The translations under genes were made by a program, and so were the position numbers. A stretch of DNA of 64,000 nt from a virus, in the IMG/VR virus record IMGVR_UViG_3300027747_004779, positions 64,001-128,000 of that record. One strand, given 5' to 3'. Numbering within the stretch: the first letter of the stretch is position 1; each line of letters opens with the position of its first letter. Shown here in pieces: positions 48,475-58,514 of the stretch. The notes beneath the pieces are model-generated. The model saw nothing but the letters and a program-made list of their open reading frames with translations. It was not told where the DNA came from and did no database searches.

Positions 48475-49122
48475 TTGCGCCTACAAGATTTAAATCAATA
48501 TTTAAAAAATAAGTGTTGTCTTGAAATAGGCGGTCCAAGTCGACTACTTTTTTCACTCTATAGTGATGTTAATGCAATTTCATTTTTTAATTATAAAGTA
48601 GCTATGGATCGACATGCATCTGCTGAATGTCCCTCTAATACAACAAATACGTTTTTTGGCGATGCAACAGAAACAAAAGATTTTGTACAATTAAACAATC
48701 AGCAATTTGATACAATAATTTCCTCACATACCTTAGAACATATTGCAAATCCTGTTAAAGCTCTAAAGCTTTGGTATACGCATGGTAGCAATTGCGGTAC
48801 CATAATTACAATAGTTCCAGAAAAACAGTGTTGCTGGGATCGCTCAAGAGATTATACAACTAAAGAACATTTAATGGAAGATTATAATAATGATATAACA
48901 GAACAAGACATGACACATCTACATGAAGCTTCATGTATGCAAGAGTCAAGACCTACCTATTATAGTGATGTCGGTGATACCAATAATGCTAGAATTATAC
49001 ACCATCATACATTTTGTAGAGAGACCTTAATCGCAATTCATAAAGCTGCAGGATTTGAGGAAATATTCTGTAATAATCTGGAAGATGATAAATTACAATT
49101 AATTTATATAGGTAAAAAATGA
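48475..49122 (+). CDS. Class I SAM-dependent methyltransferase
   Basis: LEIGG, GDAT and FD...SSHTLEHIANP; TTG start with GAGGT upstream. Confidence 0.8.
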   Translation: MRLQDLNQYLKNKCCLEIGGPSRLLFSLYSDVNAISFFNYKVAMDRHASAECPSNTTNTFFGDATETKDFVQLNNQQFDTIISSHTLEHIANPVKALKLWYTHGSNCGTIITIVPEKQCCWDRSRDYTTKEHLMEDYNNDITEQDMTHLHEASCMQESRPTYYSDVGDTNNARIIHHHTFCRETLIAIHKAAGFEEIFCNNLEDDKLQLIYIGKK

Positions 49123-49760
49123 AGAACGTTTGCTTTCTACATGTCGCTACTGTCGGTAAATATCAAGCTGTAGTTAATGATATTTTTACAAAACTTAAGA
49201 CAAGCGGGCTACTCGATGAGCTTCATCGTATATATGTAAACATCGCCGGGGATGAGATGGTAGTTATACCGCCTGAAGATAAAATAAAAATATTTCCTGA
49301 TAAATGTGATTTAGGGATGTATGAGTTAAGCACCCTTAACTTACTCAAGCAATATTCTGATATTAAGAATGCAAATATTCTCTATGTACATACAAAGGGT
49401 GTGACATCTTTTAATAATCCCTGTATAGAAGAATGGAGAGAGTATATGCTATATTTTAATATTTTAAAATATAAAAACGCTATTAAACAGCTCGAGACAA
49501 ATGATGCGGTAGGAGTAGATTTAGTTGACACACCGACCAAGCATTTTTCAGGCAACATTTGGTGGTCAAAGACGTCACATATTAAAACTCTTCCTCCGGT
49601 ATCTTGCTTACCGGTAATATTGAGTGAACGACATAAATGTGAATTTTGGGTTTGTAGTAAAACAACAGGAACGTATAAATCATTGCACAATAGTAACATT
49701 GATGTATATAGTAGACACTTAACTCGCTATCCTAAGGAAAAATATGAAAATATCAATTAA
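49119..49760 (+). CDS. Glycosyltransferase-like protein
   Basis: YE..TL, LYVHTKG and HFSGNIWW motifs; inside the glycan island. Confidence 0.6.
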   Translation: MKNVCFLHVATVGKYQAVVNDIFTKLKTSGLLDELHRIYVNIAGDEMVVIPPEDKIKIFPDKCDLGMYELSTLNLLKQYSDIKNANILYVHTKGVTSFNNPCIEEWREYMLYFNILKYKNAIKQLETNDAVGVDLVDTPTKHFSGNIWWSKTSHIKTLPPVSCLPVILSERHKCEFWVCSKTTGTYKSLHNSNIDVYSRHLTRYPKEKYENIN

Positions 49761-50691
49761 TTATATCCCACATGATAGATATTTATATGTCGATAGTTTC
49801 TTAAAAGAAATTACTAAAATCTCTAGCAGCCTAAAAAAAGATATTGTTGTTAATTTCTTAATATCATCAACTAAAAGGGACTGGAGAGCAGATAAAGATT
49901 TTCTCGCTTCTAAAGATGTTTACTCTAACGTCTTTTTGATTAATAACGGCGACTACATGACGAAGATTAAAACAGCACTAGAAAACAGCGATCAATATGC
50001 TATTAAGCTTGATGAAGATATTTTTGTACCAGCTAATGTCTGGGAATATATGCTTAGTAATTTAAATGTTCTAGAGGATAAAAATAATCTATTTATTTCA
50101 CCAATACTGTCTACCGGAATCCCTACGGTAGATAAATTTGCTAATCAATTTCTTGCACAAGAAGAGCGTGAAACATTATATAATATTTTTCTTAAAACAG
50201 CATTACCGAGCATATGGGGCGCAAATTATGAACCTCTTATTGAACACACATTCAATGCAAAAGAATGGAATTCAGATAATTTTTATAACGAGGTAGGCAG
50301 AATTCAACATTATTATAAAGGTGTTCACCCTGTACGGTTTTCATCTGCTGCACAGACATTTCTTCTTAATTGTGTATTGAAGAATCTAGATAAAATATTA
50401 AACGAAACAAATTTTTCTCTCTATACAGATCAAAAGCCATATTTTTGTAATAGTGTTTTTGGAATTAAAAAAGACGTCTGGACAAAAATTTTAAATGATA
50501 CAAGCCTATTTAAAGACGGGTTTGATGAAGTACCTCTTAATCTATATCGAGAAGATAATAAGTTGAATATGGTATTTATTAATAACGGCTTTAGTGTACA
50601 TCCATCCTATAATACAATAAACGTTTTTGGCGATAATTATAAAGTTCTTTCTGATAGGTTCTTTAATCATGAATACTTCAAGCAACAGTAA
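49744..50691 (+). CDS. Glycosyltransferase-like protein
   Basis: IKLDED and FDE motifs; inside the glycan island. Confidence 0.55.
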   Translation: MKISINYIPHDRYLYVDSFLKEITKISSSLKKDIVVNFLISSTKRDWRADKDFLASKDVYSNVFLINNGDYMTKIKTALENSDQYAIKLDEDIFVPANVWEYMLSNLNVLEDKNNLFISPILSTGIPTVDKFANQFLAQEERETLYNIFLKTALPSIWGANYEPLIEHTFNAKEWNSDNFYNEVGRIQHYYKGVHPVRFSSAAQTFLLNCVLKNLDKILNETNFSLYTDQKPYFCNSVFGIKKDVWTKILNDTSLFKDGFDEVPLNLYREDNKLNMVFINNGFSVHPSYNTINVFGDNYKVLSDRFFNHEYFKQQ

Positions 50692-51382
50692 TTGGACTTT
50701 TGGCATTATTACTGAAAATATTACGCTTACAGAGAGCGGTGATATTTGTAAAGAGCAAAACCAGATTTTATATAGTGCTATTCAAAGTATCTTAGATCTC
50801 AATATATCTTTAAACAAATATGAGCTTATTATTATTGGTGGTAATAACCTAAAGAAAGATATTCAAAAAGATAATATTACTATCTTATATTTTGACGAAA
50901 ATATTAAAAAAGCCTGGATAACAAAAAAGAAAAATATTATTTTTAATAGAGCGCAATTTGAAAATACTATTATTATTCATGACTATGTTTCGTTCGATAA
51001 AAACTGGTATAGCGGGTTTCTTTCTTTTGAGACAGATTGGGATGTTTGTATGTGTCAAATAAGAAATAAGGATAATATTAGATGGCGGGATTGGCTTCTT
51101 TGGTGGTGTGGTACAGCTCCCTATAGATTAGAGCATAACGGAAAGCGGCTTCCTGCTAACAGATTATTATACGACGACTATCAGTTTGTTAATAATGATA
51201 TGTATATAAACGGTACCGTTATTATTGGAAAAACAAACTACTTAAAAAATAATAAATTTGATGAAAATCGCTGCTGGGGACAAGGTGAAGACTGTGAGTG
51301 GTCCGCGCGTTGCAGACCTACATGGAAATATAAGATGAATGTTAATTCGACCTTAAGATTATTAAAACAAAAAGAGGATTAA
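50669..51382 (+). CDS. GT-A glycosyltransferase-like protein
   Basis: WTFGIIT, WITKKKN, HDY and GED motifs. Confidence 0.7.
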   Translation: MNTSSNSNWTFGIITENITLTESGDICKEQNQILYSAIQSILDLNISLNKYELIIIGGNNLKKDIQKDNITILYFDENIKKAWITKKKNIIFNRAQFENTIIIHDYVSFDKNWYSGFLSFETDWDVCMCQIRNKDNIRWRDWLLWWCGTAPYRLEHNGKRLPANRLLYDDYQFVNNDMYINGTVIIGKTNYLKNNKFDENRCWGQGEDCEWSARCRPTWKYKMNVNSTLRLLKQKED

Positions 51383-52102
51383 GTGAACGTTGCTCTTTGT
51401 TTTTACGGACAACCTAGATATCTTGAAAACTTAAACTCTGTACAGTCACATAAAGAGCATATATATTCACAAGCTACTGTCGATGTGTATACTCATTTCT
51501 GGTTTAGTGAATCACAAAAATCATATCCTGTTTCCGATTGGTGTAGAGCAAGTGATCTTAAAGTTCATAAGAATACAGTAGAAGCGATTAAGGCATTTTA
51601 TAAACCTATTGCTTTAGCATATGAACAACAAAAAGAATTTACCCCTAGTAACGAAATTAAAGAAATATTAAAAATAAAACCATATTATACAGAAAATAAT
51701 GTTTTTAATTTATTATCTCACCTCTACTCACTACAAAAATGTATTGAATTATTCGAAGAGCGAAAAAATAAAAGTTATGACTTTGTTATTGTCTCTAGAT
51801 TCGACAACAAAATACATAAATTTCCTAACTTAACGCAACTATTAAAAAATAAATTCTATTTAACGGATTTTTACGGCAAAGGGTTTAATGACTATATATA
51901 CATAACGGATGAAAAATACCTTAGTGGGCTAAAAGTATATGAAAATTTTGATAGTATTTCTAAATTAACAATTGGTTGCGTACCGGAAGAATATAAGCAA
52001 ATCAATTTTCATCGAACTCATGGAAAAGATATCATCGAGTATATACCAAATTTGCAAGCTGGCATATTAAGATCTAGTCACGATACTATTGGACAGATAT
52101 GA
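51383..52102 (+). CDS. Glycosyltransferase-like protein
   Basis: VALCFYGQPR, DVYTHFW and YDFVIVSRFD motifs. Confidence 0.6.
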   Translation: MNVALCFYGQPRYLENLNSVQSHKEHIYSQATVDVYTHFWFSESQKSYPVSDWCRASDLKVHKNTVEAIKAFYKPIALAYEQQKEFTPSNEIKEILKIKPYYTENNVFNLLSHLYSLQKCIELFEERKNKSYDFVIVSRFDNKIHKFPNLTQLLKNKFYLTDFYGKGFNDYIYITDEKYLSGLKVYENFDSISKLTIGCVPEEYKQINFHRTHGKDIIEYIPNLQAGILRSSHDTIGQI

Positions 52103-53472
52103 TAAAACATATTATTTTTGATTTAGACGGTGTCTTAGTCGATGCACGTGAATTACATTACTATTCGCTTAACAAGGCCTTAGAGTCATTTGATAAAAAA
52201 TATATTATTACCAAGGAAGAGCATTTCTCTATATATGACGGCCTACCTACTAGTAAAAAATTAGAAATGTTGACGCAGCTTAAAGGCCTACCGGTAGAAT
52301 TTTATAAAGATATTTGGTCAAAAAAACAAGAATATACTGCGGAATTTATACTTTCTAATATTGATCCTGATGAAAGATTAATAACTGTTTTGGATAGATT
52401 AAAGCGAGAAGGTTATTCAATTAGTGTTGCATCAAATTCTATTCGTGAAACAGTAAAAAATATATTATTTAAAAAAGGATTTTTACCTTATATAAATTTT
52501 TTCCTATCTAATGAAGATGTCAAAAGAGCAAAACCGAATACAGAGATTTTTTTGCGTAGTATGATTCAGGCAGAAGTTGATCCAAAAGAGTGTCTTATTA
52601 TAGAAGACTCTAATATAGGTAAAAAAGCAGCACAAAATTCTGGAGCTTACCTCTGCCCTGTATTATGTACTAATGATGTTACGTATGAAAAAATACGTAC
52701 AGCTATTGATATGGCAAACAATACAGCACAAACTCATAAATGGGTAGGGGGTAATATTAATGTTTTAATTCCTATGGCGGGCGCTGGAACGCGATTTGAA
52801 AAAGCTGGATATACGTTTCCAAAGCCTCTTATTGAAGTAAGAGGTAAGCCTATGATTCAGGTTGTCGTTAATAATATAAATATTGAGGGACAGCATATTT
52901 TTATAGCGCAGCGCGCTCATAGCGAAAAATATAATTTAAAAGATACCTTAAATTTAATTTCACCTGGATGCAAATTAACAATTTCTGATAGCTTAACTGA
53001 AGGTGCTGCATGCACTACATTGCTAGCAAAAGAATATATTAATAACGATACGCCATTAATTATGGCAAATTCAGATCAATATATTGACTGGGATAGTAGT
53101 GAATTTATGTGGTCAATGATGGCTGATCACGTCGATGGTGGTATCCTGGTATTTGAATCAACTCATCCTAAATGGAGCTTTGCAAAACTTAATAATGAGG
53201 GGTATGTATGCGAAGTTGCGGAGAAGCGGCCTATAAGCAATCTTGCTACTGTAGGTATATACTTTTGGCGCAAAGGATCAGACTACGTAAAATATGCAGA
53301 ACAGATGATAAAGAAGAACATTCGTGTTAATAATGAATTTTATGTTTGCCCGGTTTTTAACGAAGCAATTCAAGACGGTAAAAAAATAAAAGTATTTAAA
53401 ATTGCTAATGATAAGATGTGGGGTATCGGTACGCCGGAAGATTTAAGTTATTTTCTTGAAAATCATCCATGA
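52099..53472 (+). CDS. Fusion of HAD phosphatase and sugar-phosphate nucleotidyltransferase
   Basis: FDLDGVL, KP and EDS (HAD); IPMAGAGTRF..PKPLI and GTPEDL (transferase). Confidence 0.9.
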   Translation: MIKHIIFDLDGVLVDARELHYYSLNKALESFDKKYIITKEEHFSIYDGLPTSKKLEMLTQLKGLPVEFYKDIWSKKQEYTAEFILSNIDPDERLITVLDRLKREGYSISVASNSIRETVKNILFKKGFLPYINFFLSNEDVKRAKPNTEIFLRSMIQAEVDPKECLIIEDSNIGKKAAQNSGAYLCPVLCTNDVTYEKIRTAIDMANNTAQTHKWVGGNINVLIPMAGAGTRFEKAGYTFPKPLIEVRGKPMIQVVVNNINIEGQHIFIAQRAHSEKYNLKDTLNLISPGCKLTISDSLTEGAACTTLLAKEYINNDTPLIMANSDQYIDWDSSEFMWSMMADHVDGGILVFESTHPKWSFAKLNNEGYVCEVAEKRPISNLATVGIYFWRKGSDYVKYAEQMIKKNIRVNNEFYVCPVFNEAIQDGKKIKVFKIANDKMWGIGTPEDLSYFLENHP

Positions 53473-53900
53473 AGATTATATCACACCGCGGTAATATTTT
53501 TGGTCTCGATCCAAAAAGAGAGAATGTGCCTGAAATAGTAGAGGAATGTATTGATATGGGGTTTGATGTCGAAGTAGATGTATGGCTCAAGGATAACGTG
53601 TACTATCTTGGTCACGATGCGCCCAAGATACCAATAGCAAAAGAATTTTTATTGAGAGAACAGCTCTGGTGTCATGCGAAAAACCTTGAAGCACTTCATC
53701 ACATGCTTAATGATAATATACATTGCTTCTGGCATCAGGAAGACGATTTTACACTAACATCGAGAGGCGTTATATGGACATACCCGGGTAAGGAGATTAC
53801 CGATAAATCTATTCTGGTAACAAACGTTTTTCCAAAAGAAAAATGTTATGGTATATGCACCGATTTTCCCTTTAAAATGCACAATGAAAAGAATAGCTAA
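53469..53900 (+). CDS. Minimal glycerophosphodiester phosphodiesterase-like protein
   Basis: SHRG, EN, EVD, GHD and GICTD motifs. Confidence 0.75.
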   Translation: MKIISHRGNIFGLDPKRENVPEIVEECIDMGFDVEVDVWLKDNVYYLGHDAPKIPIAKEFLLREQLWCHAKNLEALHHMLNDNIHCFWHQEDDFTLTSRGVIWTYPGKEITDKSILVTNVFPKEKCYGICTDFPFKMHNEKNS

Positions 53901-54699
53901 TTTTACTCAAACATATAAGGGTACGCTACGTTGGTCTCCAGGCAGTGATGGTAAGAATAGAGATTTTTTAATTGATGCACTTTGCCATAATGAAGGAAAG
54001 ATTGAGAGCTACAAATTGCTCGATTTACAGACGTTTAATTTTCATAATATAGATGTTGAACATAGCAAACAATTAGCTAATAAAATTAAAACTGTCTTAC
54101 CATCTTGTGAGTTTTTTGTTTATCAAGATATGAGTCTTGGCAGTACTATATATAAACATCTTAACTTTTTAAAAGAGCGTGGTATGACAGATTTCATCTG
54201 GATACAGGACGATGAATTTTTTACATATAATAATTTTAATGATTTTAGGGATGTTATTAATTTTTACAGAGCACACAATGATATTAAACATATAAACCTA
54301 TTACATAGATTAAATGAGGGTGTACAGAGCGATGCATATTCAAATCATCCTGGAGTTAGACAAGCAGACAATATAAAAATATCTAATAATATAAATTTAA
54401 CTAAAACGCGCGCAAAAGATATTGAGCCTGCGAATAATTATGTAATGGACTTTTCAGCATTTATTTGTGACATTGATTATTTTCTTAATAATATGTTTCA
54501 CGAAACGTTTGCCGAACATCTTGATGCATATAGGCTAGAGGGTGCAGTAAATGAATTATGTCTTAAGAATAATATTCAAAGATGTTTTGTAAATGTTAAT
54601 TTTTTTGAATCATTTAATATTGTCGGCATGCCGCCTTCGCTTGGCAAGAGCGATGTCGCTTTGCAAAAACTTAAAAATTTAGTTAAAAAACCTTCTTGA
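53884..54699 (+). CDS. Glycosyltransferase-like protein
   Basis: WIQDD motif; last gene of the glycan island. Confidence 0.5.
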   Translation: MKRIANFTQTYKGTLRWSPGSDGKNRDFLIDALCHNEGKIESYKLLDLQTFNFHNIDVEHSKQLANKIKTVLPSCEFFVYQDMSLGSTIYKHLNFLKERGMTDFIWIQDDEFFTYNNFNDFRDVINFYRAHNDIKHINLLHRLNEGVQSDAYSNHPGVRQADNIKISNNINLTKTRAKDIEPANNYVMDFSAFICDIDYFLNNMFHETFAEHLDAYRLEGAVNELCLKNNIQRCFVNVNFFESFNIVGMPPSLGKSDVALQKLKNLVKKPS

Positions 54700-54729
54700 A
54701 CTTTAAAGAATTGACGTTATTATATTAAT

Positions 54730-55317
54730 ATGATTTTAAACGATGTTAAATGCTACGACGGTAAACTTCTTCATTCTAGATTCGCTTACAAATATTTCCG
54801 TGAAAGGACACTCCCCATTGGTAATATAATTGCATTTCGCGCGCCAATGAAAGTAGAGGCTGAAGGGATGATTGATAGTGAAGATGTCCTTAACAACGAC
54901 TACATTTACAGCGATGATGCAATTAATTTTCTTTGGGAGATTCCTAACCTTGATCCCTTTGGCGCTGTCGCTTGGCAGCGTCTTTTTAATACTCAAATTG
55001 CACAAATTCTTAGTACGAGATATCTTGAAACGCCCATTGAAGTCGATGGAGACGATTTGATTGTACATAAAGAGCATATGCAAGCTGGTATTGCGCAACC
55101 TAAAGGTAAGTGTAGCGTGAGCATTACATATTCCTCAAATAATGTTGCTCTTGGTCATACAGGTATTAATATTACGGCTGGTAAAAAAGCGCCTGCGTTT
55201 GCTTATTCAACCAATCTTTCAAATGAGCAAGCAATTGCTTTCATGAAAGATATCGTAGAGTTGTTCTATAAAATGAATGATGATATTTTTATCGCGACGT
55301 CAAAAGTTATTTGTTAA
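54730..55317 (+). CDS. DUF366-family protein (biotin/lipoate ligase-like fold)
   Basis: YDG..LH..FAY, IIAFR.PM.V, D.ED, GDDL, K.SVSI and H.GINI motifs. Confidence 0.75.
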   Translation: MILNDVKCYDGKLLHSRFAYKYFRERTLPIGNIIAFRAPMKVEAEGMIDSEDVLNNDYIYSDDAINFLWEIPNLDPFGAVAWQRLFNTQIAQILSTRYLETPIEVDGDDLIVHKEHMQAGIAQPKGKCSVSITYSSNNVALGHTGINITAGKKAPAFAYSTNLSNEQAIAFMKDIVELFYKMNDDIFIATSKVIC

Positions 55318-55688
55318 TGACAATATTTGATTTTATTTCAAATATTGCTTATACAAAAAATAAAAACTGTCTTAATACTGTAGATGAAGAATCAGAGTTT
55401 CAGCCTTTTTTGGTTAATCGCTGGCTTAGTATGTATTCTCCGTCTATGGCTAAACTTTCGAACACTTTAAACAAATATATAGGTATATTTGAATCTAAGA
55501 AAGATCTCTTTTCATTATTTTGTGCAACCTTTCCTAAAGTACCGGCTAAAAAAATAACATATTTTAAGAAAAATAAAGAGCAAAAAAACGCTCAAGATGA
55601 AGAGATCGTAACACAAATATCAAAAAATATAGAGCTGTCTAAAAGAGAGATTCGTAATTATATCTTTGAACTAAATAAAAAAGATTGA
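55317..55688 (+). CDS. Clamp loader small subunit (gp62-like)
   Basis: IFDFI and FQPFLVNRWLSM motifs. Confidence 0.75.
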   Translation: MTIFDFISNIAYTKNKNCLNTVDEESEFQPFLVNRWLSMYSPSMAKLSNTLNKYIGIFESKKDLFSLFCATFPKVPAKKITYFKKNKEQKNAQDEEIVTQISKNIELSKREIRNYIFELNKKD

Positions 55689-55717
55689 TTAAATAGCCAG
55701 ATTAATTAAATTACTTT

Positions 55718-56179
55718 ATGCCTATAGATATAGATGTTTTGCCAACACAAAAAAGCTTGTTAGATTTATCAGAATTACCTAAAAATACATTCAATTCAGT
55801 GTTTTATGGTTATAACCTTAAAGCTCTTTTAGATGATATTCTCTTAGTACAATATATGGATGAAACCTCAGATGGTACATCTATTGTACGCAATGGTATT
55901 GTTATACCAATTAACGCAGATACAAAAGCGTGGAGAATTGGTGAAGTGGTTTTGTGTGGGCCCAATGCCAAATATGTTAAGAAAGGCGACTATGTTTGTT
56001 TTCCAAACAATTTAGGTGTGCCTGTTGCTAACTTAGATATTGATGGTTTTGGTACTCTAAAGAAAGGGCTGTTCTTAAACGAGCAGCGTATTTTTGGTAT
56101 TTGTTCTTTAAGAAAAGACGATGAAAGTGTCGCTTCCCACATTAAAAAATCTTCTTCTAAGCAACGTGGCGGAAATTAA
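55718..56179 (+). CDS. GroES-like co-chaperonin
   Basis: GIVIP, GEVVLCGP..VKKGD.V and LNEQRIFG motifs. Confidence 0.8.
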   Translation: MPIDIDVLPTQKSLLDLSELPKNTFNSVFYGYNLKALLDDILLVQYMDETSDGTSIVRNGIVIPINADTKAWRIGEVVLCGPNAKYVKKGDYVCFPNNLGVPVANLDIDGFGTLKKGLFLNEQRIFGICSLRKDDESVASHIKKSSSKQRGGN

Positions 56180-56498
56180 ATTTCTGCGCCGACGTCCTCG
56201 GGCAGGAGTTCCACCAGCAAGAAGAATGCTGTGTACTAATTCGCTTGCATTGCTAATGAGCCCAGAAGGCAGAATTGCATTAAATTATCGTCGGGCGATT
56301 AATTATCCGAAATTTGATCCTAACGTAAAAAATCTTTTAATTACTTGGGATATTTTTATGCAGGACTATAGATGTATTAACATGTCTGCTTGTGATTTAA
56401 TTAATGTAATTCCTGCAAATAAGCAGTTTTGGAAATTTTTTAACGAGCGTCTTTCTTTACTCGATGCGCAGCAAAAAATGAGGTTTATGAACTCATGA
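56121..56498 (+). CDS. WYL-like / DUF2693 SH3-fold protein
   Basis: V.EIKF.R...RRMLCT and WD....YR motifs. Confidence 0.55.
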   Translation: MKVSLPTLKNLLLSNVAEIKFLRRRPRAGVPPARRMLCTNSLALLMSPEGRIALNYRRAINYPKFDPNVKNLLITWDIFMQDYRCINMSACDLINVIPANKQFWKFFNERLSLLDAQQKMRFMNS

Positions 56499-56842
56499 CA
56501 TCAATTGAACAAATAGAGGTGGGTGTCAATAAGCTTCTGCAAAGTAATATAATTTTTGCACTAGAAAATAAAATTGTAAAAAAAGGTAAGCTTATTTTAT
56601 TTTGTGTAAAAGATTTCTTTTGCGTCTTTACGCTTATATGTGAAGAAAAGAACAACAAAAAAATTATTTATGAAATTCCGTACCCATTTGCATTGAATGT
56701 GCTTAATAATAAAGTTATTTTTGACTATACAGTTAATACCTTTTGCGAAAAAAATAAACAAGTGGCAGATATTATTCGAACTCTCGGGATAGAGAAGACG
56801 TCAAAGCTCTTTAATAAAAGATTATCGATAACTGCAGTTTAA
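56495..56842 (+). CDS. Hypothetical protein
   Basis: ATGA-coupled ORF. Confidence 0.65.
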   Translation: MTSIEQIEVGVNKLLQSNIIFALENKIVKKGKLILFCVKDFFCVFTLICEEKNNKKIIYEIPYPFALNVLNNKVIFDYTVNTFCEKNKQVADIIRTLGIEKTSKLFNKRLSITAV

Positions 56843-56871
56843 TTTTTGTTTTTATAGTATATAATTAACAC

Positions 56872-58503
56872 GTGTTTAGCAGATATCTTTCGCATTTTCC
56901 AAGAGAGTATGAACCGAGTAATCAGCAAGTCAAACTTATTCGTGGCGTTGAGCGCGCGTTCAATAACGGAAAAAAATTTGTAATTTGTTGCGCTCCAACT
57001 GGGACAGGCAAAAGTTTTCTTGCTAAGACATTATCCGGGTTAGGTTCAAAGCCAAATACAACATTTGTTAACAGTATTGAGAGCTATGCAGCTTATAAAC
57101 AAGACTTTGCCGGTAATTATATTAATGAAGTTGATTGTTTGTCACAGCCACCATTTGGGACATTTGCTCTGACAATTACCAAATCACTGCAAGATCAATA
57201 TTTAAAGCTCTTTCCAGATACAGACATCCTTAAAGGTAAATCGAATTATATTTGTGATGTTGATCAAAATTTTGATGTTGAAACCGCACCGTGTGTATTA
57301 GTTTCAAAAATACGTGATGAGTGTTGGGAAAAAAACCGATGTCCTTATTATAATGCGCGTAACACATCACTCCTTTCAAATTTTTCTGTTTTAAATTATA
57401 AGATGTTTCTTGCATTACCAAATCATGTAAAGCGCAAAAATTTTATTATTTGTGACGAAGCTTCAGAATTAGAAGACGAGCTGGTTAAACGGTTTTCAGC
57501 TGAAGTTACCTATGACCGCTTGAAGCAGTATGGTATTAGCTTTAGCTCGCTTATTACCGATAATAAAGATAAAACAAGAGCGTGGATTTATGATTTAGTT
57601 TTTAACGTTAGTGAACAAATTAATACTTTAATTAACCGGGTAAATAAAAAACAACGAACTCTTTCGCAGCCTGAAAAGATAAAATTACAGTATCTAAAAA
57701 ACTTACACAATTCATTGACAACCGTTGACGGCCTTTGGAAGGATTGCGAATTTATTATTGATAAAGACAGCAAAAGGGTAACTTTTACTCCGCTAAAAGC
57801 TGATAGACTTACAAAATTTATTTTTGATTATGCTGAAAATGTATTGTTAATGTCAGCTACAATTATTGATCATAAGAATTTCGCAAAAACACTAGGCATT
57901 AAAGATTATGAATATGTAGAGGTTGAGAGCGATTTTGACCCTGCTAAATCGCCTATATACGTGTCATCAAAGCATAAGTTAAATTATAAAAACCTAACAA
58001 ATGTTCTGCCCGATATTTGCGAACAAATAAAAACAATTATTGAGTATCATAAGAACGATAAAGGTATTATTCATACACATTCGCGAGATATAACAAATTT
58101 TCTTAAAACGAAACTATCTAATAATAAACGATTCTTGTTTAGGGACGATCTAGCAAATAATGAGGAGATTCTTAAACAGCATTATGAAGCTGACTTTCCA
58201 ACGATTCTAGTTTCCCCCTCTCTGTCTTTTGGTGTCGATTTAAAAGACGATCTAGCAAGATTTCAGATTATTATTAAACTTCCATTCCCTCCTTTATCAT
58301 CAAAGCGTATTAAAAAATTATTTGAAACAGATAAAGATTGGTATGAAAATAAGATGTTAAATTCATTAGTACAAGCATGTGGCCGAGCGACTCGTAGTAA
58401 AAATGACTTTTCAACTACTTATATACTTGATGGTAATATAGTTAATTCGCTTAAACGTACAAAAGATAAGTTACCCAAATCTTTTATAGAGCGCATTTGC
58501 TAA
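56872..58503 (+). CDS. DinG/XPD-family helicase
   Basis: APTGTGKS, four-Cys Fe-S region, DEAS, MSAT, KLPFP and QACGRATR motifs. Confidence 0.9.
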   Translation: MFSRYLSHFPREYEPSNQQVKLIRGVERAFNNGKKFVICCAPTGTGKSFLAKTLSGLGSKPNTTFVNSIESYAAYKQDFAGNYINEVDCLSQPPFGTFALTITKSLQDQYLKLFPDTDILKGKSNYICDVDQNFDVETAPCVLVSKIRDECWEKNRCPYYNARNTSLLSNFSVLNYKMFLALPNHVKRKNFIICDEASELEDELVKRFSAEVTYDRLKQYGISFSSLITDNKDKTRAWIYDLVFNVSEQINTLINRVNKKQRTLSQPEKIKLQYLKNLHNSLTTVDGLWKDCEFIIDKDSKRVTFTPLKADRLTKFIFDYAENVLLMSATIIDHKNFAKTLGIKDYEYVEVESDFDPAKSPIYVSSKHKLNYKNLTNVLPDICEQIKTIIEYHKNDKGIIHTHSRDITNFLKTKLSNNKRFLFRDDLANNEEILKQHYEADFPTILVSPSLSFGVDLKDDLARFQIIIKLPFPPLSSKRIKKLFETDKDWYENKMLNSLVQACGRATRSKNDFSTTYILDGNIVNSLKRTKDKLPKSFIERIC

Positions 58504-58514
58504 TAAATATTATA

